Under the pieces are notes generated by a model, which was not told where the DNA came from, searched no databases, and saw only the letters and a list, made by a program, of their open reading frames with translations. DNA of 63,145 nt, the filler included, from Folioceros fuciformis (taxonomy: Eukaryota), in the NCBI GenBank assembly GCA_049999805.1. It is 3 parts of 2 records of this genome, joined end to end, with 100 filler letters (N's around TTAATTAATTAA, not from the genome) between each part and the next. Parts side by side here need not be neighbours in the genome. Positions count along the whole stretch, not along the records: positions 1 to 31,198 come from JBNGIO010006165.1; positions 31,299 to 61,222 come from JBNGIO010006165.1; 1 more part is not named here. One strand, 5' to 3'. A program made the translations under genes and the position numbers. Shown here piece after piece: positions 28,091 through 39,835 of this stretch (position 1 is its first letter; each line of letters opens with the position of its first letter).

Positions 28091-28405
28091 ATGGGCATGA
28101 GAACCCTCTTCCTCTTTGGCCTACTCCTTACCTTGGGAGCTTTTGTTTTCGGGGGCTCCATGGTCCAAAGTGTTCTTGCATTGGAACCCATGGACGATCC
28201 ACCAATCACGTGCATGCCAGGCGTTGGCGTGGCGGGATTGCCAGCATCCATTATCGAGTCCTCCCCTCCACATTGTGCTCATCGTTGCCGTGGGTGTACA
28301 CCATGCGTACTAACACAGCTAAAAGATTGCAGTAATGGATCTGGCAGTGGACAAATGGTTGGCTGGGGATGCTCCTGCAATGGCCATTTGTATTACATAG
28401 CTTAG
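28091..28405 (+). CDS. EPIDERMAL PATTERNING FACTOR-like secreted Cys-rich peptide
   Basis: Hydrophobic signal peptide, then SSPPHCAHRCRGCTPC...VGWGCSCNGHLYY, matching the EPFL pattern SxPPxCxxxCxxCxPC...WxCxC; single exon. Confidence 0.82.
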   Translation: MGMRTLFLFGLLLTLGAFVFGGSMVQSVLALEPMDDPPITCMPGVGVAGLPASIIESSPPHCAHRCRGCTPCVLTQLKDCSNGSGSGQMVGWGCSCNGHLYYIA

Positions 28406-29288
28406 AATAGCTTCGTAGCTTGCAAGTTATCATCCACAAATTTGGAGCAATAAGCATGGACTCAAACCTAGGAGATGTTCTTTTCCTGCTCTCAAAGTCA
28501 TTGTTACTTAGAGATGTGAATATGAGAATTCTCTTTTGTGTATTTAAGCTTCAAATTGAAAGAAGATGTTTTTTGCTTGCTTTTCACTGAATCTTGATTT
28601 CTTTGAATACTTTAAAGCATGAGTCACATATTTTCCAAACGAACCTCAAATTAACTTTGGGTGCGCACAATTCCCATGTTCATCCAAACTCCTTGTTTCG
28701 ATAACGTGGGCCGCAACCCTAGTGCTAAAATGAGGAGCATAGCCTAATATAAACCAATTAAGGACGAAGTGCTAATAGAAGAACCTTAGGAAGGGAGCAA
28801 ATGAATCACCCCTAATAAGGAGGAAAATAAAAGCATCAATACCCTTACCAAGCAAGAAGCACCCTAAGCTTACTTGGTAGTGCACTACATATACTCCATG
28901 CCAAAGTGGCCATTTGAACAAGTCAATCCGCTTTAGAAGACAAAAGTTTATCATGCCAGGCTCTTCAATCCTACAAATGTGGTCAAGGGGGCAAGGTCAA
29001 ACACAGATGATGTCGATTTGCTGTCGTGTGGAAAGAGTCGACGTTCTCCACCAACAAAGATGTGATAACGCTTGGGAATTTGCCTGAGAGCGGCGATGGT
29101 GGATGGGTATCATGCTAAGGTGGACTACCTTAAGCTGCTTACGCAAAATTACTATCCATAATTCCTTGTCAGGGTTGAAGAAACTAATTGCTTGTTTCTA
29201 TGTTGCGATCTTCACTAGCTTGGGGAAGGACTTAGGTTGGGAATCGCTCTAGAAGTGGACGTATGGCAAATTCCTAGCTAAGGTCTTT

Positions 29289-29625
29289 GAGGCTCAACGG
29301 TTGACCCTGGACGCTCCGATATCACCTGCAGAAGTTCTCCGAGTGATCAAGAGCATGCCGAGGAATAAGTCTCCAAGTCATGGTGGCATCCCCCCATGAT
29401 TTCTCTTGTGGGGGGTTTATGAAGACGGTGAAGGCCATTTGGGAGGAAGGTAGCATGGGGAGTTGGTTTAACCTTGGTGTCATTTCCTTGCTTCCTAAGC
29501 AAGATGCCAGTGTATCCATATCCATTTGGCATCCCATCACTTTGCTGACAATCACGTAGAAAGTGATCACAATGTGTCTTGCCGATTCGCCTTAAGCCTT
29601 ATCTGGTGATTTAGGAGCAAGCTGC
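29289..29625 (+). mobile_element. Degenerate L1-type LINE reverse transcriptase fragment
   Basis: Translates to LDAPISPAEVLRVIKSMPRNKSPSHGGIPHDF (cf. KSPGPDG..EF) and GVISLLPK..WHPITLLTIT*KVITMCLA (cf. LIPK..WRPISLLN.YKI.AK.LA), with an in-frame stop. Confidence 0.8.
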
Positions 29626-30357
29626 CCTATTTGTGTAGATGAGCCGAAAGGCACGCCGCTGTGCTTATATGAATTGTGGAGGCTGTTATGGAGGTCTTGT
29701 TTATCTATCTTGTGCTTTAACTGAACGGCGATGGAGATTTCTTTGCGTAGTTGAAATCTTGAGATGTTGAATCCAGGCTGATTTGTGCTACAGTGCTGAA
29801 CTACTACCATGTTGGATGTAGATCTGTTTGTGCTCTTTTGTTGAAGTGTTGCCATGTTGGATGAAGACGGATTTGTGGTGCTTCACTGAACTCTTGCTAT
29901 GTGAGATGGAGACTAATATGCGTTGCTTCGCAACTCTTGCCATGTTGGATGGAGACCAAGACTCTACGAATGAATTGTTATCATGATCAATATCAGGAAT
30001 TGAGCAAGTTAGATACAATGAAGCGTGGAAAGCAAGAGTGAGGGACACTAGCTTATCATTTACGCTTTGAGGTGACTAGTTATGTTCTCAAAGTATAGCA
30101 ATCACAAATGAGTATCATCAATTATTTTAAAGTAGAATTGATCTAAGACTCTTTAGAAAACCCTTTAGATACAAGTCTCTAGGCCTCTCTGTAGGAAAGG
30201 TAGGATGTATAGGTGTAGCTTTAAAGACCTTCTCATGGACTTATTTATTCCTAGGCCCTCTCATGCATGCATTTGTTCTTGTTCTTGGAAGGGAAAAACT
30301 CTTGGCTTTTGGCTTACCTTTGCATTCAAGCGTTCCAAATTGCACTAGCATATTTTA

Positions 30358-30577
30358 CCAATGCATCTAGATCTCTCCATGTGGAGTTGAGGGACTACCA
30401 TGAATGTTCTTGATGACAGAAAAGTGTGGTACCAATGCATCTAGATCTCTCCATGTGGAGTTGAGGGACTACCATGAATGTTCTTGATGACAAAAAAGTG
30501 TGGTACCCATGCATCTAGATCTCTCCATGTGGAGTTGAGGGATTACCATGAATGTTCTTGAGGACAAAAAAGTGTGG
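30358..30577. repeat. Tandem repeat, 74-bp unit x3
   Basis: atgcatctagatctctccatgtggagttgaggga... recurs at 30361, 30435 and 30509, near-identical, with no spacers. Confidence 0.92.
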
Positions 30578-31102
30578 GGTTTTTGAAGAAAGAATTCATA
30601 TACATTGCATAAGGCAGACCTATTTTCACTGTGGGGGAGTATATTTATATTTATATTTATATTGATGAGGTAGCCATTACAACTCCTACCAATGACAATG
30701 ACTTTAGCACATCATTATCAAGCGTGGTAGGCCAAGTCCACAACTATGCTCCATGCAGCGATCACATTTTTATCCCTCGCTATTAAGGCCAAGAGACCAA
30801 AGACAATTTTTTCGTGTGAATGCAACGACTTAGAAGAGTCCTAGGGTTTCTTCCCCTTCCCGTGTGATTTGACAAAGAGCATTCACAAATCTGGTATACA
30901 AATTGGCAACCAGTGTAGGGTCTTGCAGCTTCATCGGCTCGTATACCAGGTAGACCTTGTTTATCTCTAGCCTCGACATCCTGGGGCCACATGCGCTTAA
31001 TTTGTGGGGGCTAGCCTACCATTTAGATGGTTTCCAATCTGTTCAATAAAAGACACCAATGTTTTTACAACAGGCACCGATGGTGTTGTCACGCAGACAT
31101 CC

Positions 31103-31198
31103 ATGGAGGTGGAGGTGAAGGTGCGCCTGCCCGATGCGCAGGCGTACAAAGAGGTGGCATCGTTGCTGACGTCCGCGCACGAAGTGACTCACTTGCAG
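31103..31198 (+). CDS. TTM3: Triphosphate tunnel metalloenzyme 3 (CYTH), 5' end only, truncated by assembly gap
   Basis: MEVEVKVRLPDAQAYKEVASLLTSAHEVTHLQ: CYTH ExExK motif, matching the plant TTM3 N-terminus (MEVEVKLRL). Confidence 0.8.
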
Positions 31199-31298
31199 NN
31201 NNNNNNNNNNNNNNNNNNNNNNNNNNNNNNNNNNNNNNNNNNTTAATTAATTAANNNNNNNNNNNNNNNNNNNNNNNNNNNNNNNNNNNNNNNNNNNN
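31199..31298. other. Artificial contig-join spacer (N..TTAATTAATTAA..N)
   Basis: 100-nt N block containing a six-frame-stop linker; the same spacer recurs at 61223-61322. Confidence 0.95.
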
Positions 31299-31669
31299 GT
31301 ATTACATGTTGGCGAAAAAGAATAAGACTACATTTATGTCCTTCACTATATTTTCTACATATGCTTTCTATACAAGCTACTTTAATTCAACATGAATTGT
31401 TTTCTTAAAACATGAATATGTTATGTACTTTCTACATGTAAACTATGTGATCTTCCTAAATGTTTGAAACTACATAGAATTTACATATTTTCAAGTATTT
31501 TAAAATATAATAAATTAAATGAAAAATAAATATTGAAACCACAATGCAAGCATAGGAGTTGATAATGAATGAACTTAATGTATAATCCACATGACAAAAT
31601 GGTACCATAGTTTTCAAATTGATTAGATGTGAAAACTTTGCCTGAGATGATGATGCATGAGATGATTGA

Positions 31670-31850
31670 TTGACTTGTAACTCATAACATGCATAAACAA
31701 GGTCTTCCATAACATCTTAAAAAACAATTCTTCTTCTGGGAGTAAGGAGGCTTGCATGATATTCGTATTTTTTAGAATAAAAAGTAACCAAGGCTCCATA
31801 AACTTAAACACATTTTCTACACATCCAATAATGGTCATAATGGTATTACT
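31670..31850 (-). mobile_element. Possible highly decayed hAT transposase C-terminal relic
   Basis: AT-rich; frameshifted pieces IIGCVEN..., YSQKKN...MEDLVYACYEL loosely resemble the hAT motif SGCERN..HSKKRNRL..DLVYVHYNL. Confidence 0.3.
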
Positions 31851-32692
31851 TATGTAGCCATAATTATAATAAAAATAAAAAACTAAACCACCTCTCAAGT
31901 CCTTGGTACACTCCAGAAAGCGCTGCTCTCTATAGAACTTGAACCCCCAAGCGCTGCTCCCAACAGAACTTGAACCCCCATCCTTGCAAAAGCCCAAATG
32001 CGCGCGGAGTTACTTAAAGTAGATATGGTCCGTGGAGCTTCAAGGGACAAACCGAAACAACCGGTTACAATGGGTTAAAGTGAGAGAGTGTGCGTTGTCG
32101 TTCAGGGCACATGTGAACCCGGACGACGCAACTCCGGCTCAGATTAGGCCCTCGCCGCCCTCGGGGTTCGGGTGCGTGCGAACCCAGCCTGAGACCCGAC
32201 TGGGAGAATCATAGGCCGTACGACTACATCGTGAACATGTAGCTCTGTAGCCTGGTTGCAAATCGGACGTACCCCCCACCTCGAACTCACGGCGCTGCAG
32301 TGACCAAGATGGCAACACGGCCCTTGCATGCCATCTTACGCCATTCTGGCAGGGAAATCTGCATGGGATGATCGGGATGCCGGCAGTACGCGGGTATGGA
32401 GGAGGCAACTCCATGGATGTTCAGGATTCCACACTTCCTGCACTGGGGCATCCTAGAATCCTCCAGTACCCGGGGTGTTCGTGCGCTTCTCCTCCAGCTT
32501 GACTGGAACGCCTGGATCCGTGATTGCCTCTTCTTTCCCACACGATCGGAACCAAGTGACGGTACCGTAACTCTTGGAGACTGGATATTCCCAGAAACCT
32601 CTGAAGTAAGGCCCATAAGGGTGCAAGGAAGCTTGTGTCCGTAACTGGTAGAATTTCCCTCTGTTGGGATTTCCAACGGAAATGTATGTCCG

Positions 32693-34909
32693 ATGTGCAG
32701 CATCATCCATCGTCCTCTGTTGTGGAGAAATGCATCGATGTGCACGGCATCCGATCACGACAGGCATGGCAGCATGGCTGTGTGGAGCCGTGCAGTTGAG
32801 TCCCGCAAAGGGCGTCAGGACCCGTTGGGGGGACGGGGACTGTCTCTGTGGAACCAAACAGGTGGTGAGAAAGGAGGAACAGTTCTCGCTCAGCTGAGAT
32901 GGAGGAATCAAGGTTCGGCAGACAATGAAGCCGCCAAGTGCAGCACCTTTTCATCGAACTCAGTCCGGCAGATAGGATTTTTGGCTGGAGACGGATCTTC
33001 CAGCCAGTCTCGAAGATTGGACGTGCAACTGGCTGCTCTGGCTACGGAACCAACATCCAGGTGGGGCGTGTCTGAAATGGGCGTACGCCCTGGAATGGTG
33101 AGCCAACTTTGTGAGAAGGGGCAGCTGCGTGAGGCCGTTGAAGCTTTGGGATGTTTGGTCTACACAGACACTCATGTTGCCAAACCGATTTTGTATGCGG
33201 TTTTAAAAGAGTGCGTGGTGAAGAACGATTTAAGCCTGGCACGACGGTTTCATGCCCTCATCGTGAAGAAGGGATATGATAGGGCGGATACGTTCTTGTG
33301 CAACCACATCCTGCGAATGTATGCTTCTCATGACAGATTGCAAGAGGCCATGGATGTGTTCAATACAGTGGCCAAACCAGATGCCTTCACGTGGTCTGCC
33401 ATAATTTCTGCACATGTCAAGCGCGGGCAGGATAAGGAGGCTATGCAGCTTTATCATCGGATGAGAATGTCCTGTGTGAAGCCAGATGGGCATGTGTTTG
33501 TGGCAGCTCTGCAGGCTTGTGCGAGGGGAAGAGACCTGAAGTCTGGACAGGAGGTGCATGCCCATGTGTTGGCCAGTGGCGTTGAGCGTGATCAGTTTGT
33601 GTGTTGCTGCTTGGTGGATATGTATGCAAAGTGTGGCAGCCTGGAAGACGCTGAAAGAGTGTTCGACGGGCTTTCTCGGAAGGATGTGGTGATGTGGAGT
33701 GCCATGATAGCAGGATATTCCCAGCTGGCCATGGGTGATAAAGCCCTTCGTCTTTATAGTGCTATGCAAGCAGAAGGCATGGCTGCACCCAATTCTGTGA
33801 CATTTGTATGCCTCCTGCAGGCGTGTGCAAGTGTGGGCACTCGAGCCTTGGAGACGGGGAAGCAGTTGCATGCACAGGTTAAGGAACGGGGATTCCATGC
33901 CGATGTTGTTGTAGGTGGGAGCCTGGTGAACATGTATGCAAAGTGCGGCAGCCTAAAGGATGCTCGAGTTGTGTTTGACGGGCTTGGTCACAAAAACGAA
34001 GTGACATGGACTGCTATGATTGCAGGGTACTCCCAACAGGGCATGGGGCACGAAGCCCTTCGTCTTTACTGTGCTATGCAAGAAGAAGGCCTGGCTGCAG
34101 CGGATTCTGTGACCTTCGTTTGTCTCTTGCAGGCATGTGCAAATGTGGCAGCTCTGCATCTCGGGAGGCAGCTTCATGCACAAATCAAAGAAAAAGGCCT
34201 TCAAGCTGACTTGTTTGTCGCCAGCAGTTTGATAAACATGTATGCCAAGTCAGGGTGTATGGATGATGCACAGGAGGTGTTTGACGCATTGCCCAAACGA
34301 GACGACGTCACCTGGAATGCACTGATTGCTGGATATACCTTACAAGGAGAGAGTGAAAAGGTTTTTGACTTGGTTCGGAGAATGAGGCAGGATGGCGTCC
34401 AGCCAGCCGGCACTACTTTCCTTAGTTTACTCACAGTCTGCAGTCATACGGGTCTAGTGAAAACGGGGCAAGATTACTTCGAGGCCATGAATAGGCAAGA
34501 TAGGATAAGTCCCACAGTGGAGCACTACACATGCATGGTAGATCTCCTGGGTCGTGCAGGCCAGCTGGATGAGGCGCTAGCTCTGGTAAGGGCAATGCCT
34601 GTCATGCCTGATACTCCAGTTTGGAGCACACTTTTGGGCTCGTGTCGAAAGTGGGGCAATGTGGAGGTGGCACGATATGCTTTTAATGAAGCAGTGAAGC
34701 TGGACAAGAAAGATGACTCCGCCTATGTGTTGATGTCAAACATATATACTGGTGCCCAGATGTTGGAGCAAGCACAGGAGATGCAGGCCTTGAGACTACG
34801 AATCAGGGCATGGAAGCAACCAGGCCAGAGCTGGTGGACAGACATTCATGGACTGGTGCACAGTTTTGTGGTTGACATAAGGAATATAGCGGACGTAAAT
34901 GAAGCTTGA
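32693..34909 (+). CDS. PLS-class PPR protein with E extension and WW-type PG box, no DYW domain (putative organellar RNA-editing factor)
   Basis: Intronless 738-aa ORF; repeated LVDMYAKCGSLEDA..VF / VTWxAMIAGY / TFVCLLQACA; HYTCMVDLLGRAG; VWSTLLGSC; SAYVLMSNIY; KQPGQSWWTDIHGLVHSF followed shortly by a stop. Confidence 0.93.
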   Translation: MCSIIHRPLLWRNASMCTASDHDRHGSMAVWSRAVESRKGRQDPLGGRGLSLWNQTGGEKGGTVLAQLRWRNQGSADNEAAKCSTFSSNSVRQIGFLAGDGSSSQSRRLDVQLAALATEPTSRWGVSEMGVRPGMVSQLCEKGQLREAVEALGCLVYTDTHVAKPILYAVLKECVVKNDLSLARRFHALIVKKGYDRADTFLCNHILRMYASHDRLQEAMDVFNTVAKPDAFTWSAIISAHVKRGQDKEAMQLYHRMRMSCVKPDGHVFVAALQACARGRDLKSGQEVHAHVLASGVERDQFVCCCLVDMYAKCGSLEDAERVFDGLSRKDVVMWSAMIAGYSQLAMGDKALRLYSAMQAEGMAAPNSVTFVCLLQACASVGTRALETGKQLHAQVKERGFHADVVVGGSLVNMYAKCGSLKDARVVFDGLGHKNEVTWTAMIAGYSQQGMGHEALRLYCAMQEEGLAAADSVTFVCLLQACANVAALHLGRQLHAQIKEKGLQADLFVASSLINMYAKSGCMDDAQEVFDALPKRDDVTWNALIAGYTLQGESEKVFDLVRRMRQDGVQPAGTTFLSLLTVCSHTGLVKTGQDYFEAMNRQDRISPTVEHYTCMVDLLGRAGQLDEALALVRAMPVMPDTPVWSTLLGSCRKWGNVEVARYAFNEAVKLDKKDDSAYVLMSNIYTGAQMLEQAQEMQALRLRIRAWKQPGQSWWTDIHGLVHSFVVDIRNIADVNEA

Positions 34910-35100
34910 AATCATCTCTCATACTGGTGCCCAGATGTGGGAGCAAGCACAGGAGATGCAGGCCATGAGACTAAGAATCAGGGCCTGGAAGCAACTAGGC
35001 CAGAGCTGGTGGACAGGCAGGCACGGACTTGTGTTCATTTTGTGGTTGATGTAAATAAGGAAATATCGTGGAAGCGAATGAAGTTGAAACCATCTTTCTC
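34746..35100 (+). repeat. Diverged tandem duplication (~175 bp) of the PPR 3' end
   Basis: atactggtgcccagatg...ggccagagctggtggacag...catct recurs at 34746 and 34921. Confidence 0.9.
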
Positions 35101-35797
35101 TTTAAAGACAAGGGTATGCTAGGCACTCATCACGGGCAGACATCCCTGACGATGGGATGGAAGCTCATTTTTACGGGCAGGGCTGGCAGGGTTGGCACAC
35201 TGCAACGGCCTGAAGAACAGCGCAGACGCAGGATGCGAGTTGGATAAATGCAGTCAGGGACCGGAAAATGTTTCTATGAAGTGTAGGAAACCCCAGGGGC
35301 TGACTTCCTACATGGCTTAGACAAACTGCAGGCATTTGAAACACGGCAACAACGCGCCCATCTCATCCACCCGCTTCCGCAGTACGCCGTTGTCCCTAGA
35401 GCTGCGGGCACTCACGGAACAGGTCGGTCTAACTTAGCAAGGAGGGACTTGAGTTAGCCATGTTGGAGAAAAGGTGAAGGATGATGAGGATGAATGAACT
35501 CATGGAAGGTGCAGATGACAGCGCTCGTGGACGTCTTCCAGATAGAATGAGTGACTTGTGCTATTGCAGACAGAATGAGTGACTCACGGTTTCGGAGCTA
35601 CGACTGCAAGAGCACTCCAATGCTTATCAAGTCAAATGCAGTACATGTGTCTGCTATCCAGAATTCCCAGAGCACACAATTCACAAATATATGAAACCCA
35701 GGCCAAGCGTTTTCAGTTTAGGTCTGCGAATGATGGAAACTGAAGTAACGAAGCTTCCAACGGTGATTCTCCACTCCATACTGAACCAGATCTGTAC

Positions 35798-38700
35798 TTA
35801 CATCTCCGCGCGCAGCACACCTGCTATTTGTAGATCTAAACACACTATGGAGTGCCCCGGCAAAAGGACTTGCATCTCTGTACTTGGATTGGAGAGCACG
35901 CTTCTCTTCGGAACAACCTGTCCAAGAACATGCTGTGTATTGGGTGCAAAGTCCTTCTGTGGAGGAAACGGCCAAAGAAACACATGATATCGATAAAGGC
36001 AAGCAAGGTAATCACCTTCTGCGGATGATTGAAGGAGTTCTCATCCATGACATTCTCCGAGGACAGGACAGTCATGGATGATTTAGCTGACAACCCGTCC
36101 AGACCTTCGACTTCCAAATGCAGCGTCAGTAAATCAGCTCCGAAATTGACGATCTGCAAAAGTTCAAAGGGACTTAATAGCCTGCAGATTCTTCCCAGGT
36201 AGCAGAGGGAGTTGTAAGAGACGCTACCTTGATTACTAGGAAGTCACTTTGTTCAGTAACATCATGCCTGCGCAAAGCTGACGCTGCGATTGCGGAGGTG
36301 CTTGTGCTGGTATCTGCCTCTAGATAGAAAGGCAGTAAGGTAGCTCCATTTGAATGCTGGAACAATTTCTGAACCCAGTAACTAGGAGTTCCGTATTGTT
36401 GCCAGGAGTTGAAGACAATGGCGTCTGGATTCCATCTGCCTCCACAAAAATGAAGATGCAAGTGGCATATATGAACACGGCAATAGGAGCAATCGTCTCA
36501 CGTCAATGGAAGATCCATAGAACCAGGATGGCAAATACCTTCTGTCGTTCTCATTGACGAACAGAGGTGCGTAACTTGCCATTTCCACGACGTCGCTGGT
36601 ACAGGATACCAGCATCTTAGATCAAGAAATAGCTTGCCTCAAAGAGAGCATATTTGCAAATTCTGGTGTCTCCCTCCAGGACTGTTCAGCCCGCATGTCT
36701 CACCTGTTGAGCTCCATTCCTATCATGAAAGCTGCTTCTCCAAGAGCGGCCAAGAGGCTGCCTGTCCCTGAATCGGAGCCTACAACAGCGTACTCACTGA
36801 CAAACACCTACATGGTGGTGCAAATCAGACTGGCAGAAATTGGAGATGTGACAGAAAAATGTTCTGAATAACCTGTCAAGAGATCCACTGCAGGGATGGT
36901 TACCTTGGGTCCAACTCTCGAGACATAATCGAATTCATGACTCATGGCAAACAGATTCGTTGCTGTGGTGTAGATCTACAAGAGCAAGAGAAAGATGAGT
37001 TTATGCTATGGAACCTGAAGAACAGTGGCCTGATGGAACAGTGAGTTACATGAAAGTCATAAAGATCTGCAGGATGATCCAGAGGTCCTAAAGTTGCATC
37101 GCAGTTCGAGATGAGCTTGATATCGGGATAATCCCTTTTGATGGCAGCGTAGAACTCTAGATAGTTCCCTGAAATGAGCACAAGGCAGAGGTTATCCAAC
37201 AGCTTGCAAAGATTTGATGAGTGTTACAAATGGACAGCAAAGTCAAATTGGCATGTTACGAACTCTACCTACGTAGTTCAGCTTCCCACAATCCTCATTG
37301 CCGATAGCAATGTAACGCAGCGGAAAGGGATCAGGGTGACCCATTTTTTCACGTAATGAACCCCACTCAGTGGTCACATCGCCCCTAGCAAACTCTATGC
37401 CATTAAGGGTGTCCTGCGTAACAACCGCAGCGTATATTTATTTGGGCAGTCTGACTACTGAACGGGGCGACAGGTTTGCCATTGCGGTTACCTTAATAAA
37501 CGGGGCAATCAGCGACGTGGCAATCTCGTCACTGTGGCTGATACCTGTGTAATCAACAGGCAGTCGATCAGTGACGTCCCCACTGCAGAAGTGGCACAAC
37601 TGGAACAGGCGCCTTATGCTAATGCTTGATTACGCATTGAATCCCTGGAGCTGGCTTTACCGTTGTTGAAAACCCAAACCGGCAGGGCACCCAAGTCCTC
37701 TGCTAGCTGCAGGATCCAAACACATAAAAAAGTAAGCAAGGATTGCCGTTATCAAGGATCCGAATCAGGATGCTGCACCAAATGTCCCAGTGACATACTT
37801 GCAAATACTCAAAGTATCCAAGACCATCATCTGACCAGTAGTCCCAGACATCTCCCAAGTGACCAGGCCGCTCCTCCCAAGGTCCCACAGTTTCTTTCCA
37901 GCGCCAAGCATTAGCCAATCGACCTCCCTCCACGTAACAACCACCTACAGTAACATCACCTCCCGTTAGGACATATTGCCCTGAGACTTGTTCCCAAACA
38001 AATCTACTAGCCATACAATTGAGGAAAGGATAGGAAAACCTGGGAATCGAAGGAAGGCAGGGTTTAAATCCGAAAGCATAGTAGCAAGCTGCTTGCGAAA
38101 GCCATGTCCCTGCACATGGCACCCCCTCGAAATTTTGGAACAGAATCGATGAGCCACTTGAGCAGCGACGAGGTTTTAGATAAAATAAGCACAACCCAGA
38201 GATACTACCTTATAAGTATCTACAGGCATAGCCGAAATCTGATCCAACCAGATCGTTCCTTTGTCCCTGCTAAGCAACAAAAGCCTTGCTTGATGGTCCG
38301 TTGCTGTTGCTTGTAGAGTCAGCTCCTGTCGGCTCCACCGACTGGCGGACACGCTGTCGACACTGACCGTAATGCAAGGACATCAGTATCAAAAAACGCT
38401 GTCCCCAGAGTAACAAAGGGAAGAACCATAGGAGCCATCCGTCTTACATCAAATACTGCTGCGCCAGAATCTGCAGCCCATCCGACGAGGTAAATGCGAC
38501 AGATAGATTCACTGCACCTTTGGAGAGCAGCCAGAGGACAACCTTGTACTCGTTAGGGGCAGATATGTCCTGGAAAAACGAACGACAGCTTTCATTAACT
38601 TCGTGCGGTCTGGAGAACAGCAGCGGGCATCAAGGAAAGACACCGAGTTGTTGTACCATGCCCCAGAAGCCTGGATTCGCCGTACCAACACCGCCTTCAG

Positions 38701-39378
38701 GGCACGGATTCGAGCCGACTGAATTGCATAGAACATCCAGCCGCAGAGCCACAGGATTCCGCTGGAAACATGATGACCTATCAGTCTCTAGAGCTACTTG
38801 TGTTCCGTCCCCAACTTGATACCAAGGAGCTATGTTGGATGGTGTACTCTGACCACCTGCCTCGAAGCCTTTTCGGAAGAAGGTTTTGATTTGATTCAGA
38901 AAAACGTGTGGAAGGTCACTAACTGCACAAGGAAGGATGCGTTCGCCGTACATTACCCCGATTGCTCACCAATTCTGCCCAGATGCCACCAGCTCCTGCA
39001 TGATTGATTTCCTACCGAGAACACACAGCGGTGCACCACCTCAACCAACGGTTCTCAGCAAATGAATTCGTTTCCAACAGCAGGAAACCAACAACCTCAG
39101 ATGCTTAGATTCCCAAGCTAGCCAACCTCAAAGAAGATCCCAAACAGTGTAGGAGGGATGAGCCGGCCTTTGTGTGCAGGATCAACCGTCAAGGTGAGAC
39201 CTCCGTCGGGCTCAGTGTCGGCCTCTGCGTGACCCTCGTCGATTGCTCCCACTGTCACCAGATGCACAACAACTACAGGCAGTGCCAGCAGCAGCAGAAT
39301 CAGGCCCCCCAACAACCGACGATTGTTCCGCGACGGACCGGGCGTGCATGTTGCGCTCAAATTCATCATGCAAGACAT
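35798..39378 (-). CDS. Alpha-L-arabinofuranosidase (GH51, ASD1-like), multi-exon
   Basis: IPPTLFGIFFE; GGCYVEG; WDYWSDDGLGYFEYLQ; acid/base IAIGNED; nucleophile VFVSEYAV; VEMASYAPLFVN; YGTPSYWVQ; N-terminal signal anchor. Start codon approximate. Confidence 0.94.
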
Positions 39379-39835
39379 GATTGCCGCAAACAATCTTGAA
39401 TTCCCAGACTAAGCAATGGCCTGATGCTCGAATTGTGTATCCTAGAACATGGTCGTCAACGCTCTCGGATAGCGAATTTCGAGGGGCATGATCACCAAAG
39501 CAACAATCCTGGTCAAGTGGGAGGCGGCGTTCGCAACAAGAGCGTGGGCAGTGGGTCCGGCACACACCAACAAGATCACCACGCATGCTGCAAGAACGAG
39601 CCGATAACGTGGATGCCCGGGTTGGTACCATGTCCCACAGACAGATGGACTGTCACAGCAGTCTATCGCATCGGGCAAAAATCTTCCTGATAAACGGATG
39701 ACGCATTGAACAGTAATTTATGCATATATTGTATGTTCATGGCACACATCTTTGTTGCAATAGTATTGGCATCGTCCGACGTGAGCAGGCACTGCCGCTT
39801 GTCATCGAGCAACGTTTGTTCAAAGTCACGACTCA

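Noticed and set aside
30358-30577. Regularly spaced repeats (also 54332-54518) as a CRISPR-like array
   Set aside because: Head-to-tail units with no unique spacers, no cas genes, eukaryotic context; ordinary minisatellites.
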